Source: Candidatus Anderseniibacteriota bacterium | Lineage (GTDB): Bacteria > Patescibacteriota > JAUYIX01 | Direction of reading: 5' to 3' | Length of the DNA stretch: 64,000 bases | Assembly: GCA_046350855.1 (NCBI GenBank) | Contig: JAXLZM010000001.1 | Coordinates: 217,420 to 281,419 of the forward strand | Translations under genes and position numbers: made by a program | Notes under the pieces: generated by a model | Databases searched by the model: none | Told to the model about the DNA's origin: nothing | What the model saw: the letters and a program-made list of their open reading frames with translations, nothing else | In this document: positions 56,508 to 64,000 of the stretch, one piece after another | Numbering within the stretch: the stretch's first letter is position 1 | Layout: every line of letters starts with the position of its first letter

Positions 56508-57635
56508 ATGGGACGTTGGTTCGTCAACACAATTAGTATCGTCGCCTCACTGGGTGTCATCACCGCGGTTGTCGTTACGGTCGCTTCCAGTCGAGAGAAC
56601 CGTTCGAACGCCCAAATCTCCGTAAACAACACCCCCAACAATACGGGCAATACGCTCAACAACGTTAGCAATAACGCGACCAATTCTGTCGTGCCACCCT
56701 CGCCGTCACCCAGTCCGTCACCAAGCCCAAGTCCATCCCCGTCTCCATCTCCGTCACCCTCACCTACCCCTACCCCAACAAATAACACGACCGGCACACC
56801 GAGCTCTGGCACTGGTACGGGTTCAACCGGAGGAACCACGCAGCCGAGCAGTGGTACAACGGGCACAACTACCCAGCCGACAACACAACCAAGCTCAAGC
56901 ACACAAACTAAGCCGACCGTAACCACTAATGAGGCGGTGCGTACTACCAAGGCCACTACCACGGCCGGGGTACCGGTCACGACCTCGGTCTCGGGCGATC
57001 CGACCTTACTTGCGGCGCTCCTCGATAACAAAGAGCCGGTTGAAATTCGCCTTGAGATCGTCAATGGCCGGCCGTTCTACCATATCCTGCGCAAAATCGG
57101 ACCGGATGAGGACCAAGCCGCTGCACGCGAAGAAGTGATCGCAGGCGATCCTGATAAACCGGTCTCGATCGTGATCGAGCGCGGCAGTGGAGACCAAGAG
57201 CGCAGCATTACCATTAGCTTTACCGTGACGAGTGACGCCGCCGGTCTCTACCAGATCAACATACGTGTTCCAAACTTTAGCGGCTCGCTACCGCCCATCA
57301 CGACGAGTCTGCCGCTCAAAGTAAACGAGGCAGCTGCAACCGTCTCCGCCATTGCCAACGATGTTGAAAACGACATCACAGACATAGATATGGCCTGGGT
57401 TGAACAAGGTCTACAAAACGCCAAACTTAATCTCAAAACCCTCGAGCTGCGGCAAGATCCTGCAAAGGGCGAGGTGGTGATCTTGTATGGTACCGGCTTC
57501 AGCCAAAAAAAGCTTTTTGGTCTGATTCCGGTCCGACATCGAACACAGGTGACGATCGAGACCCAAGGAGCTCAGCGCTTACTTGAATTTGAAGGCTTTT
57601 TCTTCCGCCGTATCCTCAAGTATTTCCTCTGGTAG
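56508..57635 (+). CDS. membrane-anchored protein with N/T-rich and (SP)12 linker and a C-terminal globular domain
   Basis: A GGGAGG RBS lies 12 nt upstream of the ATG at 56508, MGRWFVNTISIVASLGVITAVVVTVASS... A (SP)12 tract sits at about 56700-56770. Confidence 0.5.
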   Translation: MGRWFVNTISIVASLGVITAVVVTVASSRENRSNAQISVNNTPNNTGNTLNNVSNNATNSVVPPSPSPSPSPSPSPSPSPSPSPSPTPTPTNNTTGTPSSGTGTGSTGGTTQPSSGTTGTTTQPTTQPSSSTQTKPTVTTNEAVRTTKATTTAGVPVTTSVSGDPTLLAALLDNKEPVEIRLEIVNGRPFYHILRKIGPDEDQAAAREEVIAGDPDKPVSIVIERGSGDQERSITISFTVTSDAAGLYQINIRVPNFSGSLPPITTSLPLKVNEAAATVSAIANDVENDITDIDMAWVEQGLQNAKLNLKTLELRQDPAKGEVVILYGTGFSQKKLFGLIPVRHRTQVTIETQGAQRLLEFEGFFFRRILKYFLW

Positions 57636-57689
57636 CATCGGTCGTTATCCAGTTGGCGCCGCTATTGGGCGCGTGGCATACTGTCCGGT

Positions 57690-60293
57690 ATGAAACACTA
57701 CTTCTCAAAAGGCGGGGCGGTTCTTTGTGCCGTCCTCAGTATTAGTTTTTATTTTGTCGCTTTGACGCCACGGGCGCAGGCGGCCCAATCAACCAGTTCA
57801 GCCGCGGGATATGTGGTACCCGGCATGAGTCGCGAGGCAAGCACGCAGCTCCTAGAGCGCCACGCTGCAGCTGAGGCTGCGAGTAGCGCGGGGGTCACTA
57901 GTAGCTCCGTCAGTGGTACAGGCTCGGTAGGAGCCTCGGCGGTACCGACACCGGATGTGACCGAGAAAAAGATTGCGGCCGCCTCGACCTACACACAAAT
58001 GAGTCAGCAAGCCACGGACAGTTCTGGTCGCGTCTTTGTAGTTTGGCAGGATACGCGCAACGGCGGCTCGTCGATTTTGTTCAGCCGGACCCTCGATCAC
58101 GGCCAAACCTGGAGCGCTATCAAACGCCTCGATCGTAGCTCGGGTGCAGGCACGACCCAATTTGTTGAGATCGCGGCGGATGATTTTTGTAACGTCTACG
58201 TTGGCTGGAACGACTTTAGGAACGTCGCCGACGGACAACCGTTTGTAGCGGTCTCACATGATTGTGGTGACACCTGGAGTGCTGCAAAGAGACTCTCAGC
58301 GGCTTCGGTTGCTCAGGACAGCTCCTTTGATATGGCGGCCCGTAACGGCGGACAGATCTTTGTGGTTTGGGGCGACTCACGCAATGACGACGTCGGTGGG
58401 TTACTGCGTACCGAGATCTACAGCATCGTCTCTAACGACTTTGGTGCGACTTGGCAGACCGAGAAAAAAATCAGTGACCAAGCGCCAACCACGACGGATG
58501 ATTATGGCCCGATCACAACTTGGGCCCAAGATGGCGGATTAGTTGTGGCGTGGCTGTCTAACCGCAATGGCCCAGGCTACGACCTCTATGAGGCGCGTTC
58601 GGCCAATGGTGGTTCGACCTGGTCGGCCGATGCTCGGCTCAATACCGAGGCAGCCGGCACGGTTGCCGTACCTGCCTATGGACTCTGCGCGGATCGGGAG
58701 CATGTGTTTTTGAGCTACACAATCGGCACGGGTTCACCTTTTGATGTCAAAGCACGCACCTCGCATGACTTTGGCAAAACTTTTGCAGCACCTGTGACGA
58801 TTAACGGTACTCTCGACACACTCGGCAACGGCCAAGCGCTTGACTGTGCGGGTGACCGTGCCGTGATCGCCTTTGATGGTGGAACTGCCGGCAGCATGCT
58901 GGACGATGTTCGTGTCAGTACCACCGAGGATGGCGGCGCGACCTGGAGTTCTGCCAAAAAAGTGGATGTGGATGACGCAAGTAACAGCGGTAATAATCCG
59001 GTCGACATCACAACCAGCATCACGGCCCAGGGTGACGTAGTGGTCGGGTTTACGGATGGTCGCGGTGGAACAACACACGGCTACTTTAACTACTCACCGG
59101 ATGGTGGCACCTTGTGGCTCTCGCACGAAAAACGCTTTAACAGCTTTACGGGCTCACACACGGTCTTGTTAAGCCGCGAGTTGGGCGTCTTGCTCTCAAC
59201 GCCAGAAGATGGCGCTGGGGCCGGTAGTGACCTGGGTGCACACGCCTGGATTACCTACGATGATAACCGTGCGGATGCGCCAGGTATGTACTCGGCTCGC
59301 ATCGACTTTGACCACGCCAGCACACCGCTTGTGCGTCTCTCCGGGGATAATCGCGTCGAGACCGCTTTGGAGATTAGTCAGGATAGTTTTCCCACCGATG
59401 GCAGTGCCACTGCGGTAGTGGTTGCCACGAGCAAGAACTTTCCGGATGGTCTCGCAGGTGGCCCTTTGAGTGTTATGGCTGGTGGTCCACTCCTGCTGAC
59501 CCCAGGCGACAGTCTCGATGCTGCTGTAGCGGCGGAGATTACACGCCTCTTTGATGGACAAGACGATACCGGTACGGACGTCTACATCTTGGGTGGCGAT
59601 GCCGCGATTGATCCCTCGGTAGAGGCCGCTATCGCTGCACTCGATTCTAAGCTCGATATCAAACGCCTCGAGGGGACCGATCGTATCGCGACGGCCCTCG
59701 CGGTTGCGGATGAACTCACGGACTTGCGTGGTACTGGCCCGGTACAGCTGGTTTTGGCTAACAGCCAAAACTTCCCGGATGCCTTGAGCGCCAGCGCGGC
59801 TGCCTCGAGTAGCATCGTGGAGCCCGGACTTATGCCGATCTTACTCAACCCAACCGCCGCACTCGACTCGCGTGTCTCAACCTACTTGAGCGATAACGTC
59901 GGCACGGTCCTGATGGTCAATGTCGTCGGCGGAACTTCGGTCATCTCAGACGCAACCTTTACCACTACGGACGCGATTATCCCGGCCACCCGTTACGGCG
60001 GAGTGAACCGCTACGACACGGCCAACATCTTTAACACGGCTATGTTTACGGGTAGCAAAGCACCCACCTCGATCGGGGTCGCCAGTGGCGAAAAATTCCC
60101 AGATGCGTTAACCGGTGGTGCCCACTCGGGTCGTCTCAATCGCCCACTCGTCTTGGTCAAACAAAACGACGTGCCGGATGAGTCAACCGTCTACGTCGAA
60201 GACAACGCTGCTACCATCGAAGGCGGCCATGTCTACGGCGGAACCTCCGCGGTCTCCGATGCGGTTAAGACTTTTTTGGAGGCGCTCTACTAG
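57690..60293 (+). CDS. secreted BNR/Asp-box beta-propeller protein with three C-terminal CW_binding_2 cell-wall-binding repeats
   Basis: Signal peptide. Seven SxDxGxTW-type repeats (SRTLDHGQTWS, SHDCGDTWS, SNDFGATWQ, SANGGSTWS, SHDFGKTF, TTEDGGATWS, SPDGGTLW). Three repeats of the form ...KNFPDGLAGGPL..., ...QNFPDALSASAAA..., ...GEKFPDALTGGAH... Confidence 0.65.
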   Translation: MKHYFSKGGAVLCAVLSISFYFVALTPRAQAAQSTSSAAGYVVPGMSREASTQLLERHAAAEAASSAGVTSSSVSGTGSVGASAVPTPDVTEKKIAAASTYTQMSQQATDSSGRVFVVWQDTRNGGSSILFSRTLDHGQTWSAIKRLDRSSGAGTTQFVEIAADDFCNVYVGWNDFRNVADGQPFVAVSHDCGDTWSAAKRLSAASVAQDSSFDMAARNGGQIFVVWGDSRNDDVGGLLRTEIYSIVSNDFGATWQTEKKISDQAPTTTDDYGPITTWAQDGGLVVAWLSNRNGPGYDLYEARSANGGSTWSADARLNTEAAGTVAVPAYGLCADREHVFLSYTIGTGSPFDVKARTSHDFGKTFAAPVTINGTLDTLGNGQALDCAGDRAVIAFDGGTAGSMLDDVRVSTTEDGGATWSSAKKVDVDDASNSGNNPVDITTSITAQGDVVVGFTDGRGGTTHGYFNYSPDGGTLWLSHEKRFNSFTGSHTVLLSRELGVLLSTPEDGAGAGSDLGAHAWITYDDNRADAPGMYSARIDFDHASTPLVRLSGDNRVETALEISQDSFPTDGSATAVVVATSKNFPDGLAGGPLSVMAGGPLLLTPGDSLDAAVAAEITRLFDGQDDTGTDVYILGGDAAIDPSVEAAIAALDSKLDIKRLEGTDRIATALAVADELTDLRGTGPVQLVLANSQNFPDALSASAAASSSIVEPGLMPILLNPTAALDSRVSTYLSDNVGTVLMVNVVGGTSVISDATFTTTDAIIPATRYGGVNRYDTANIFNTAMFTGSKAPTSIGVASGEKFPDALTGGAHSGRLNRPLVLVKQNDVPDESTVYVEDNAATIEGGHVYGGTSAVSDAVKTFLEALY

Positions 60294-60311
60294 AGAGCCG
60301 ACGATCTGCTC

Positions 60312-60339
60312 ACGCACGCTGTACGCGTACAGCGTGCGT
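60312..60339. repeat. 28-bp perfect palindrome (acgcacgctgtacgc|gtacagcgtgcgt)
   Basis: Read directly. It lies immediately 3' of the BNR gene and upstream of the canonical terminator. Confidence 0.8.
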
Positions 60340-60354
60340 CAAGCAAACGACTAC

Positions 60355-60382
60355 GGCGGCCTCTCGGCCGCCGTTTTTTTGG
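60355..60382 (+). terminator. intrinsic terminator GGCGGCC-TCTC-GGCCGCC-GTTTTTTTGG
   Basis: A perfect 7-bp GC stem plus T7 run. Confidence 0.7.
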
Positions 60383-60491
60383 CGTTCATTCTTGTAGCAC
60401 TAACCATGGGTTCACAACTGCAAAAAAGGGTTGTGCTCTTATGACAGGGGCCTATACTAAAAATACGTTAACACGATAAAGTGGAGGACTT

Positions 60492-60743
60492 ATGATCTGG
60501 CAAGCAATTATCTTTTTAGTGATCGGTGCTCTAGCTGGTTGGCTAGCAGGCGTAGTCGTGCGAGGGGCTGGCTTTGGACTGCTTGGTAACATCATCGTCG
60601 GTATCATCGGCGCACTGGTCGGTGGCTTTGTCTTTCGCCTGTTTGGGTTCGACCCGACGTATGGATTTATTGGGTCGGTCATTACCGCTACGATCGGCGC
60701 GATTATCGTGCTCGGGATCGTAGTGCTCGTTAAACGCGCATAA
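60492..60743 (+). CDS. GlsB/YeaQ/YmgE family stress-response membrane protein
   Basis: MIWQAIIFLVIGALAGWLAGVVVRGAGFGLLGNIIVGIIGALVGGFVF... A GGAGG RBS and an upstream TTGTGC-N16-TATACT promoter are present. Confidence 0.7.
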   Translation: MIWQAIIFLVIGALAGWLAGVVVRGAGFGLLGNIIVGIIGALVGGFVFRLFGFDPTYGFIGSVITATIGAIIVLGIVVLVKRA

Positions 60744-60811
60744 TGAAGGGCGCAAAAAAGAAACGCTAACGAGCGTTAGCTCATAGGTATTTGCTTAACG
60801 TAGGAGACTTC

Positions 60812-62026
60812 TCAGTCGCCTACGTTAAAGTATTTTTTATTTTTGATCTTGTCGGGGAGGTAGCTTGTGTCGGTGTACATCTGGTAGCCCTTGTGGTAGC
60901 CGAGGTCTTGCATGAGCTTGGTGGGTGCGTTACGCACGGCCAGTGGGATCGGCAGGTTGCCATATTTTTTTACGTCCGCAGCCGCTGCGCCGTAGGCCTC
61001 GTAGGCGCTGCGGTTCTTTTTAGCCCGCGCAAGATAGGCTGTACCGTGAGCTAAATTGATGGCTGCCTCGGGTAAGCCGATGGTCTCAACCGCTCTAAAA
61101 ACTTCGTTTGCCACCACCAAGGCGGTGGGTTGTGCCAAGCCAACGTCCTCGGAGGCAAAGATCACCATTCGACGGGCGATACATTTGGGGTCTTCTCCAG
61201 CATCGATCATACGAGCCAAATAATACAGCGCTGCGTCTGGTTGGCTCGCACGCATACTTTTAATAAAAGCGCTGATGGTGTTGTAGTGTTCGTCCCCTTT
61301 TTTATCAAAACGCAAAAACTTGTTTTGCACAGTATTTTTGAGCGCCGCTACATCGACTTTTTTGTACAGGTTAGCGGCGTTTTCTAGGACGGTGATGGCT
61401 TGGCGGGCATCCCCGTTGGCAAGCTGGATCAGCCACTCTCGGGCGCTTTGCTCGAGCGTGATGCCGGTGCGGGTAATAATCTCTGCCATCTCAGGGCTAG
61501 AGAGCTCGTTGAGAACAAAAACCCGACAGCGTGAGAGCAGTGCGGGGATTACCTCAAAGCTTGGGTTCTCGGTGGTGGCACCAATCAAGACTAGGTCGCC
61601 GCGTTCGACATAGGGGAGCAAAAAATCTTGCTGGGCTTTGTTAAAACGGTGAATTTCATCCAAAAATAGCACTTTGGGACCGTTACGCAGGGTCTGATCC
61701 TCGACGATTTGCTTGATGTCAGCTTTACCGGCTGAGACCGCGGAGAGTTCAAACAGTTTGGCTTTGAGTGAGGCTGCGTAGAGTTTAGCAAGGGTCGTTT
61801 TGCCAACGCCGGGTGGGCCCCACAAAATAAACGAAAAAACATGCCCCTGCTCGATGGCAATGCGTAAGGGTTTATCCGGACCAACTAAGTGCCGTTGGCC
61901 TACAAACTCTGAGAGCTGTGTCGGTCGTATTTTAGAAGCGAGAGGTTCCATAGGACTATTAGCAAAATGCGAGGGATGGTTCCCCCGCACTACCGCTACT
62001 CTATGGGTTTGAACGATAGGTGTCAA
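60812..62026 (-). CDS. rarA: replication-associated recombination protein A (AAA+ ATPase RarA/MgsA)
   Basis: ...LWGPPGVGKTTLAKLYA...LFLDEIHRFNKAQQDFLLPYVERGDLVLIGATTENPSFEV. Confidence 0.8.
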   Translation of the reverse strand: MTPIVQTHRVAVVRGNHPSHFANSPMEPLASKIRPTQLSEFVGQRHLVGPDKPLRIAIEQGHVFSFILWGPPGVGKTTLAKLYAASLKAKLFELSAVSAGKADIKQIVEDQTLRNGPKVLFLDEIHRFNKAQQDFLLPYVERGDLVLIGATTENPSFEVIPALLSRCRVFVLNELSSPEMAEIITRTGITLEQSAREWLIQLANGDARQAITVLENAANLYKKVDVAALKNTVQNKFLRFDKKGDEHYNTISAFIKSMRASQPDAALYYLARMIDAGEDPKCIARRMVIFASEDVGLAQPTALVVANEVFRAVETIGLPEAAINLAHGTAYLARAKKNRSAYEAYGAAAADVKKYGNLPIPLAVRNAPTKLMQDLGYHKGYQMYTDTSYLPDKIKNKKYFNVGD

Positions 62027-62041
62027 AGCACAGACCTCGGC

Positions 62042-62239
62042 TTAGCGACGCGACCGTCGTCTGCGGCGCGGAACTTTTTGTCCCTTACGACGCGCCTCGG
62101 AGAGCGCAATCGCGATAGCTTGCTTGCGAGATTTGACTCGCCCAGCTTTACCTCCACGACCGCTCTTGAGCGTGCCGCGCTTGTACCGATGTAGAGCGCG
62201 TTTGACGTTGCGCTGAGAGACTTTGCCGTAGCGTGCCAT
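62042..62239 (-). CDS. small basic protein (Lys/Arg-rich, function unknown)
   Basis: MARYGKVSQRNVKRALHRYKRGTLKSGRGGKAGRVKSRKQAIAIALSEARRKGQKVPRRRRRSRR. Confidence 0.4.
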   Translation of the reverse strand: MARYGKVSQRNVKRALHRYKRGTLKSGRGGKAGRVKSRKQAIAIALSEARRKGQKVPRRRRRSRR

Positions 62240-62301
62240 ACGTTTAAAAATTAACTGATTAGCCCCCTTAGTCTAACAGCCAGCTGTGATACAGTTGTGC
62301 T

Positions 62302-62447
62302 ATGTACTGGACTATTGGCGGAGTCGCCGTTGCACTCCTTATCCTGTTTGTGATCCTCAAACTGAGCGCACGGCTAGCCAAGATCTTTCTCTTTTTGCTC
62401 GTCTTAGCACTCTTGGCGGGTGCCGGTTGGTATTACTTTTTGCGCTA
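62302..62447 (+). CDS. small (48 aa) two-helix membrane peptide
   Basis: MYWTIGGVAVALLILFVILKLSARLAKIFLFLLVLALLAGAGWYYFLR. It is below the size cutoff of the ORF track. Confidence 0.3.
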
Positions 62448-62484
62448 ACGAGGGCCTTACGCACTAGAATTGCGCGCTAGCGCG

Positions 62485-64000
62485 CTAAAGCGCTACAACC
62501 GTCGCAACCATGTCGATGCTGTAGGAGTCGGCCGGCTGGTCCTCGGGGATTTGCTGTGACACATCGATGCCCTGGATATCCCAATGACACTGGATCTCGG
62601 CCGTTCCGCCTGCATTAGTGAGAGCGATCGAGTCGGTCACGCCCTCATTAAAGGCATCGGCAGAACCTCCGGTCAAACCGGTGGTGGTGCAACCAGAACC
62701 CGCAGTAATACTTTGGCCACTTGGATCCAGACTCATTTGTCCACCGTACGTATCCGCATCGCCATTGTCGGAGCAACCGCTGGCCGTGGGGTCATTAAAG
62801 TCAAAGGCGTTACCAGCATCAGTCCACGCGTCGGTCGGGCCGCCGCTGGGTTCAACCGAGAGCGACCAGGACGGGTTGGCCGTGGTGTTTGTCACCCGAA
62901 TTTTTTGAGTTGAGACCCCAAACGTTCCGGTGGTGTTTTGGCAATTAAACTGAACTGTCCCAGCCGAAAGTGCCACGGAGGGGCTTGGCACCGATACACC
63001 GGAGCCATCCACTATGTCGACCGTCAGGATTCCATCGTTAGTGGCAATCTCAGGAATAACGCCGTAGCTGCTCAACAACCCTCCAGTTTTATCGACCACC
63101 CTAAAACAATACGAGACGGACGGCGCGGCCGAATAATCCACCAGCGCAAAGTCCCAAAGTCCGTCCTGCGAGGAGTCGACCTGACTTTGCGAGGTAGTAA
63201 AGCTGTTTTCTTCTTCGTAGGTTTGGTAGACGATCTCATCGGCGCCATGCGTTGGATCAGCCGCGTTGAGCGTCGCAGCATCGCCATCCGTAGGTGTCGG
63301 GTTATCGGCAAAACGGATATCACCAGTAACCGTATTGACAGCGCCATAGCTTTCGCCACTAAAACCAGTATCACAGGTGCCCGACCGCTCGGCGACTTGC
63401 AGATCAAAGTCCACAGCATTTGCGCCGAGTGTGTCATTATCGACGTGTAAGAGCAGACGCAGTCTAAAGGGTGTCCCTTGTGTGGGTGCTGTCGCGGGCG
63501 TGTCTTGCGCCGCGAGGGCCGACCCTACATCGGTCGAGTCATCGTTAGCAAACCAGCGGTAGGCTGATTGCGTTTCGGTTGGACCAAACCAGTTAGTCGT
63601 GCCACTACCCTTGATCGAGTTAGCTGGGTTGAGCGGCACGGTCACGCCCGAGGAGTTGTCCGTCACAGTGCTATCTGAGACATCCAGATAATCGCCTGTA
63701 AACGTGGATGAACCGCTAAACTCCAAACCACTTGCCGTCCCAGGTGAACTCGAGACGATATTGATGCGATCAGTGCTATCTAATCCATCGAGGGTAAGGC
63801 TGTTAGCGATCGTAATCGTAGTGCTGACCGGCATGGTGAGGATACTGTCGGTCGCGTTATTAGTGCTCTCGGTTTTGGAGAGCGTATAAAAGGTCGTCGC
63901 AGGCGTTGAGATAGTTTGGTTGACCCCGTCTAAAATGATCGAGCCGTTGTTGTGGGTAAAAGTCGTGCCTGAGTCACGGCTGATGTTCTCCCCAATGGTC
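62485..64000 (-). CDS. large WxL-domain surface protein, N-terminus beyond the window end
   Basis: The ORF stays open upstream of the M at 63834, with no stop through 64000. The C-terminal ~230 aa are paralogous to 55691..56392 (SWSLSV..., ...HWDIQGIDVSQQIPEDQPADSYSIDMVATVVAL). Confidence 0.55.
   Translation of the reverse strand, partial: TIGENISRDSGTTFTHNNGSIILDGVNQTISTPATTFYTLSKTESTNNATDSILTMPVSTTITIANSLTLDGLDSTDRINIVSSSPGTASGLEFSGSSTFTGDYLDVSDSTVTDNSSGVTVPLNPANSIKGSGTTNWFGPTETQSAYRWFANDDSTDVGSALAAQDTPATAPTQGTPFRLRLLLHVDNDTLGANAVDFDLQVAERSGTCDTGFSGESYGAVNTVTGDIRFADNPTPTDGDAATLNAADPTHGADEIVYQTYEEENSFTTSQSQVDSSQDGLWDFALVDYSAAPSVSYCFRVVDKTGGLLSSYGVIPEIATNDGILTVDIVDGSGVSVPSPSVALSAGTVQFNCQNTTGTFGVSTQKIRVTNTTANPSWSLSVEPSGGPTDAWTDAGNAFDFNDPTASGCSDNGDADTYGGQMSLDPSGQSITAGSGCTTTGLTGGSADAFNEGVTDSIALTNAGGTAEIQCHWDIQGIDVSQQIPEDQPADSYSIDMVATVVAL

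Noticed and set aside
56399-57064. A 221-aa minus-strand ORF with (GD)n and V/P-rich sequence
   Set aside because: It is the mirror image of the (SP)n/T-rich plus-strand gene. The plus ORF has an RBS, a TM anchor and a globular C-terminal domain.

Overview
The window is a high-GC (about 58-60%) bacterial chromosomal segment with Gram-positive-style envelope genes. It is almost entirely coding and I found no rRNA, tRNA or CRISPR.

Main contents, in order:
- 1-1.8 kb: a truncated Nudix hydrolase gene, then an infC-rpmI-rplT operon. infC and rplT each carry single-base homopolymer deletions.
- 1.8-4.7 kb: a complete diversity-generating retroelement (DGR), inserted convergently with zero spacing after rplT. 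It has a reverse transcriptase (RT) with the DGR 'IGNLTSQ' motif, a BPP-1-like Avd accessory protein, a 135-bp template repeat (TR) and a matching variable repeat (VR) at the 3' end of a target gene. 26 of the 28 TR/VR mismatches are adenine-specific. The RT reading frame is broken by an internal (TG)16 microsatellite and is one repeat unit away from being in frame. avd is divergent from the RT, with only 3 bp between their start codons.
- 4.8-8.4 kb: small hypothetical genes, a VanZ-like protein and an MscS channel.
- 8.4-29 kb: a large cell-envelope glycan biosynthesis region. It includes a GT2-GT-C fusion, decayed GT2 fragments, a GH42-like hydrolase, YfhO, a GT4, three GT2s, a WbsX-like transferase and a methyltransferase with a coiled-coil tail. 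It also has Wzm/Wzt-type ABC export, a polyprenyl-phosphate GT2, an O-antigen-ligase-like protein and a nucleotidyltransferase.
- 29-31 kb: efp, then a lower-GC pocket holding a small unknown ORF convergent with an ADP-ribosylglycohydrolase gene.
- 31-42 kb: an epimerase, then redox genes (peroxiredoxin, SOD, trxB), a leucyl aminopeptidase, a DUF1931-type bacterial histone-fold gene, typA/bipA and an ATP-grasp protein.
- 42-52 kb: a zur-znuACB zinc-uptake operon with an apparently leaderless promoter, then msrB, a ferric-reductase-like membrane protein, an unknown two-domain membrane protein and a YibE/F membrane protein.
- 52-64 kb: a His-tailed LTXXQ periplasmic protein, then a Csc-like cell-surface cluster (a DUF916/DUF3324 anchor protein and WxL proteins). 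A BNR-propeller protein with CW_binding_2 repeats, rarA and a large WxL protein running off the window end complete this region.

Coordinates were read by hand and may be off by a few bases.
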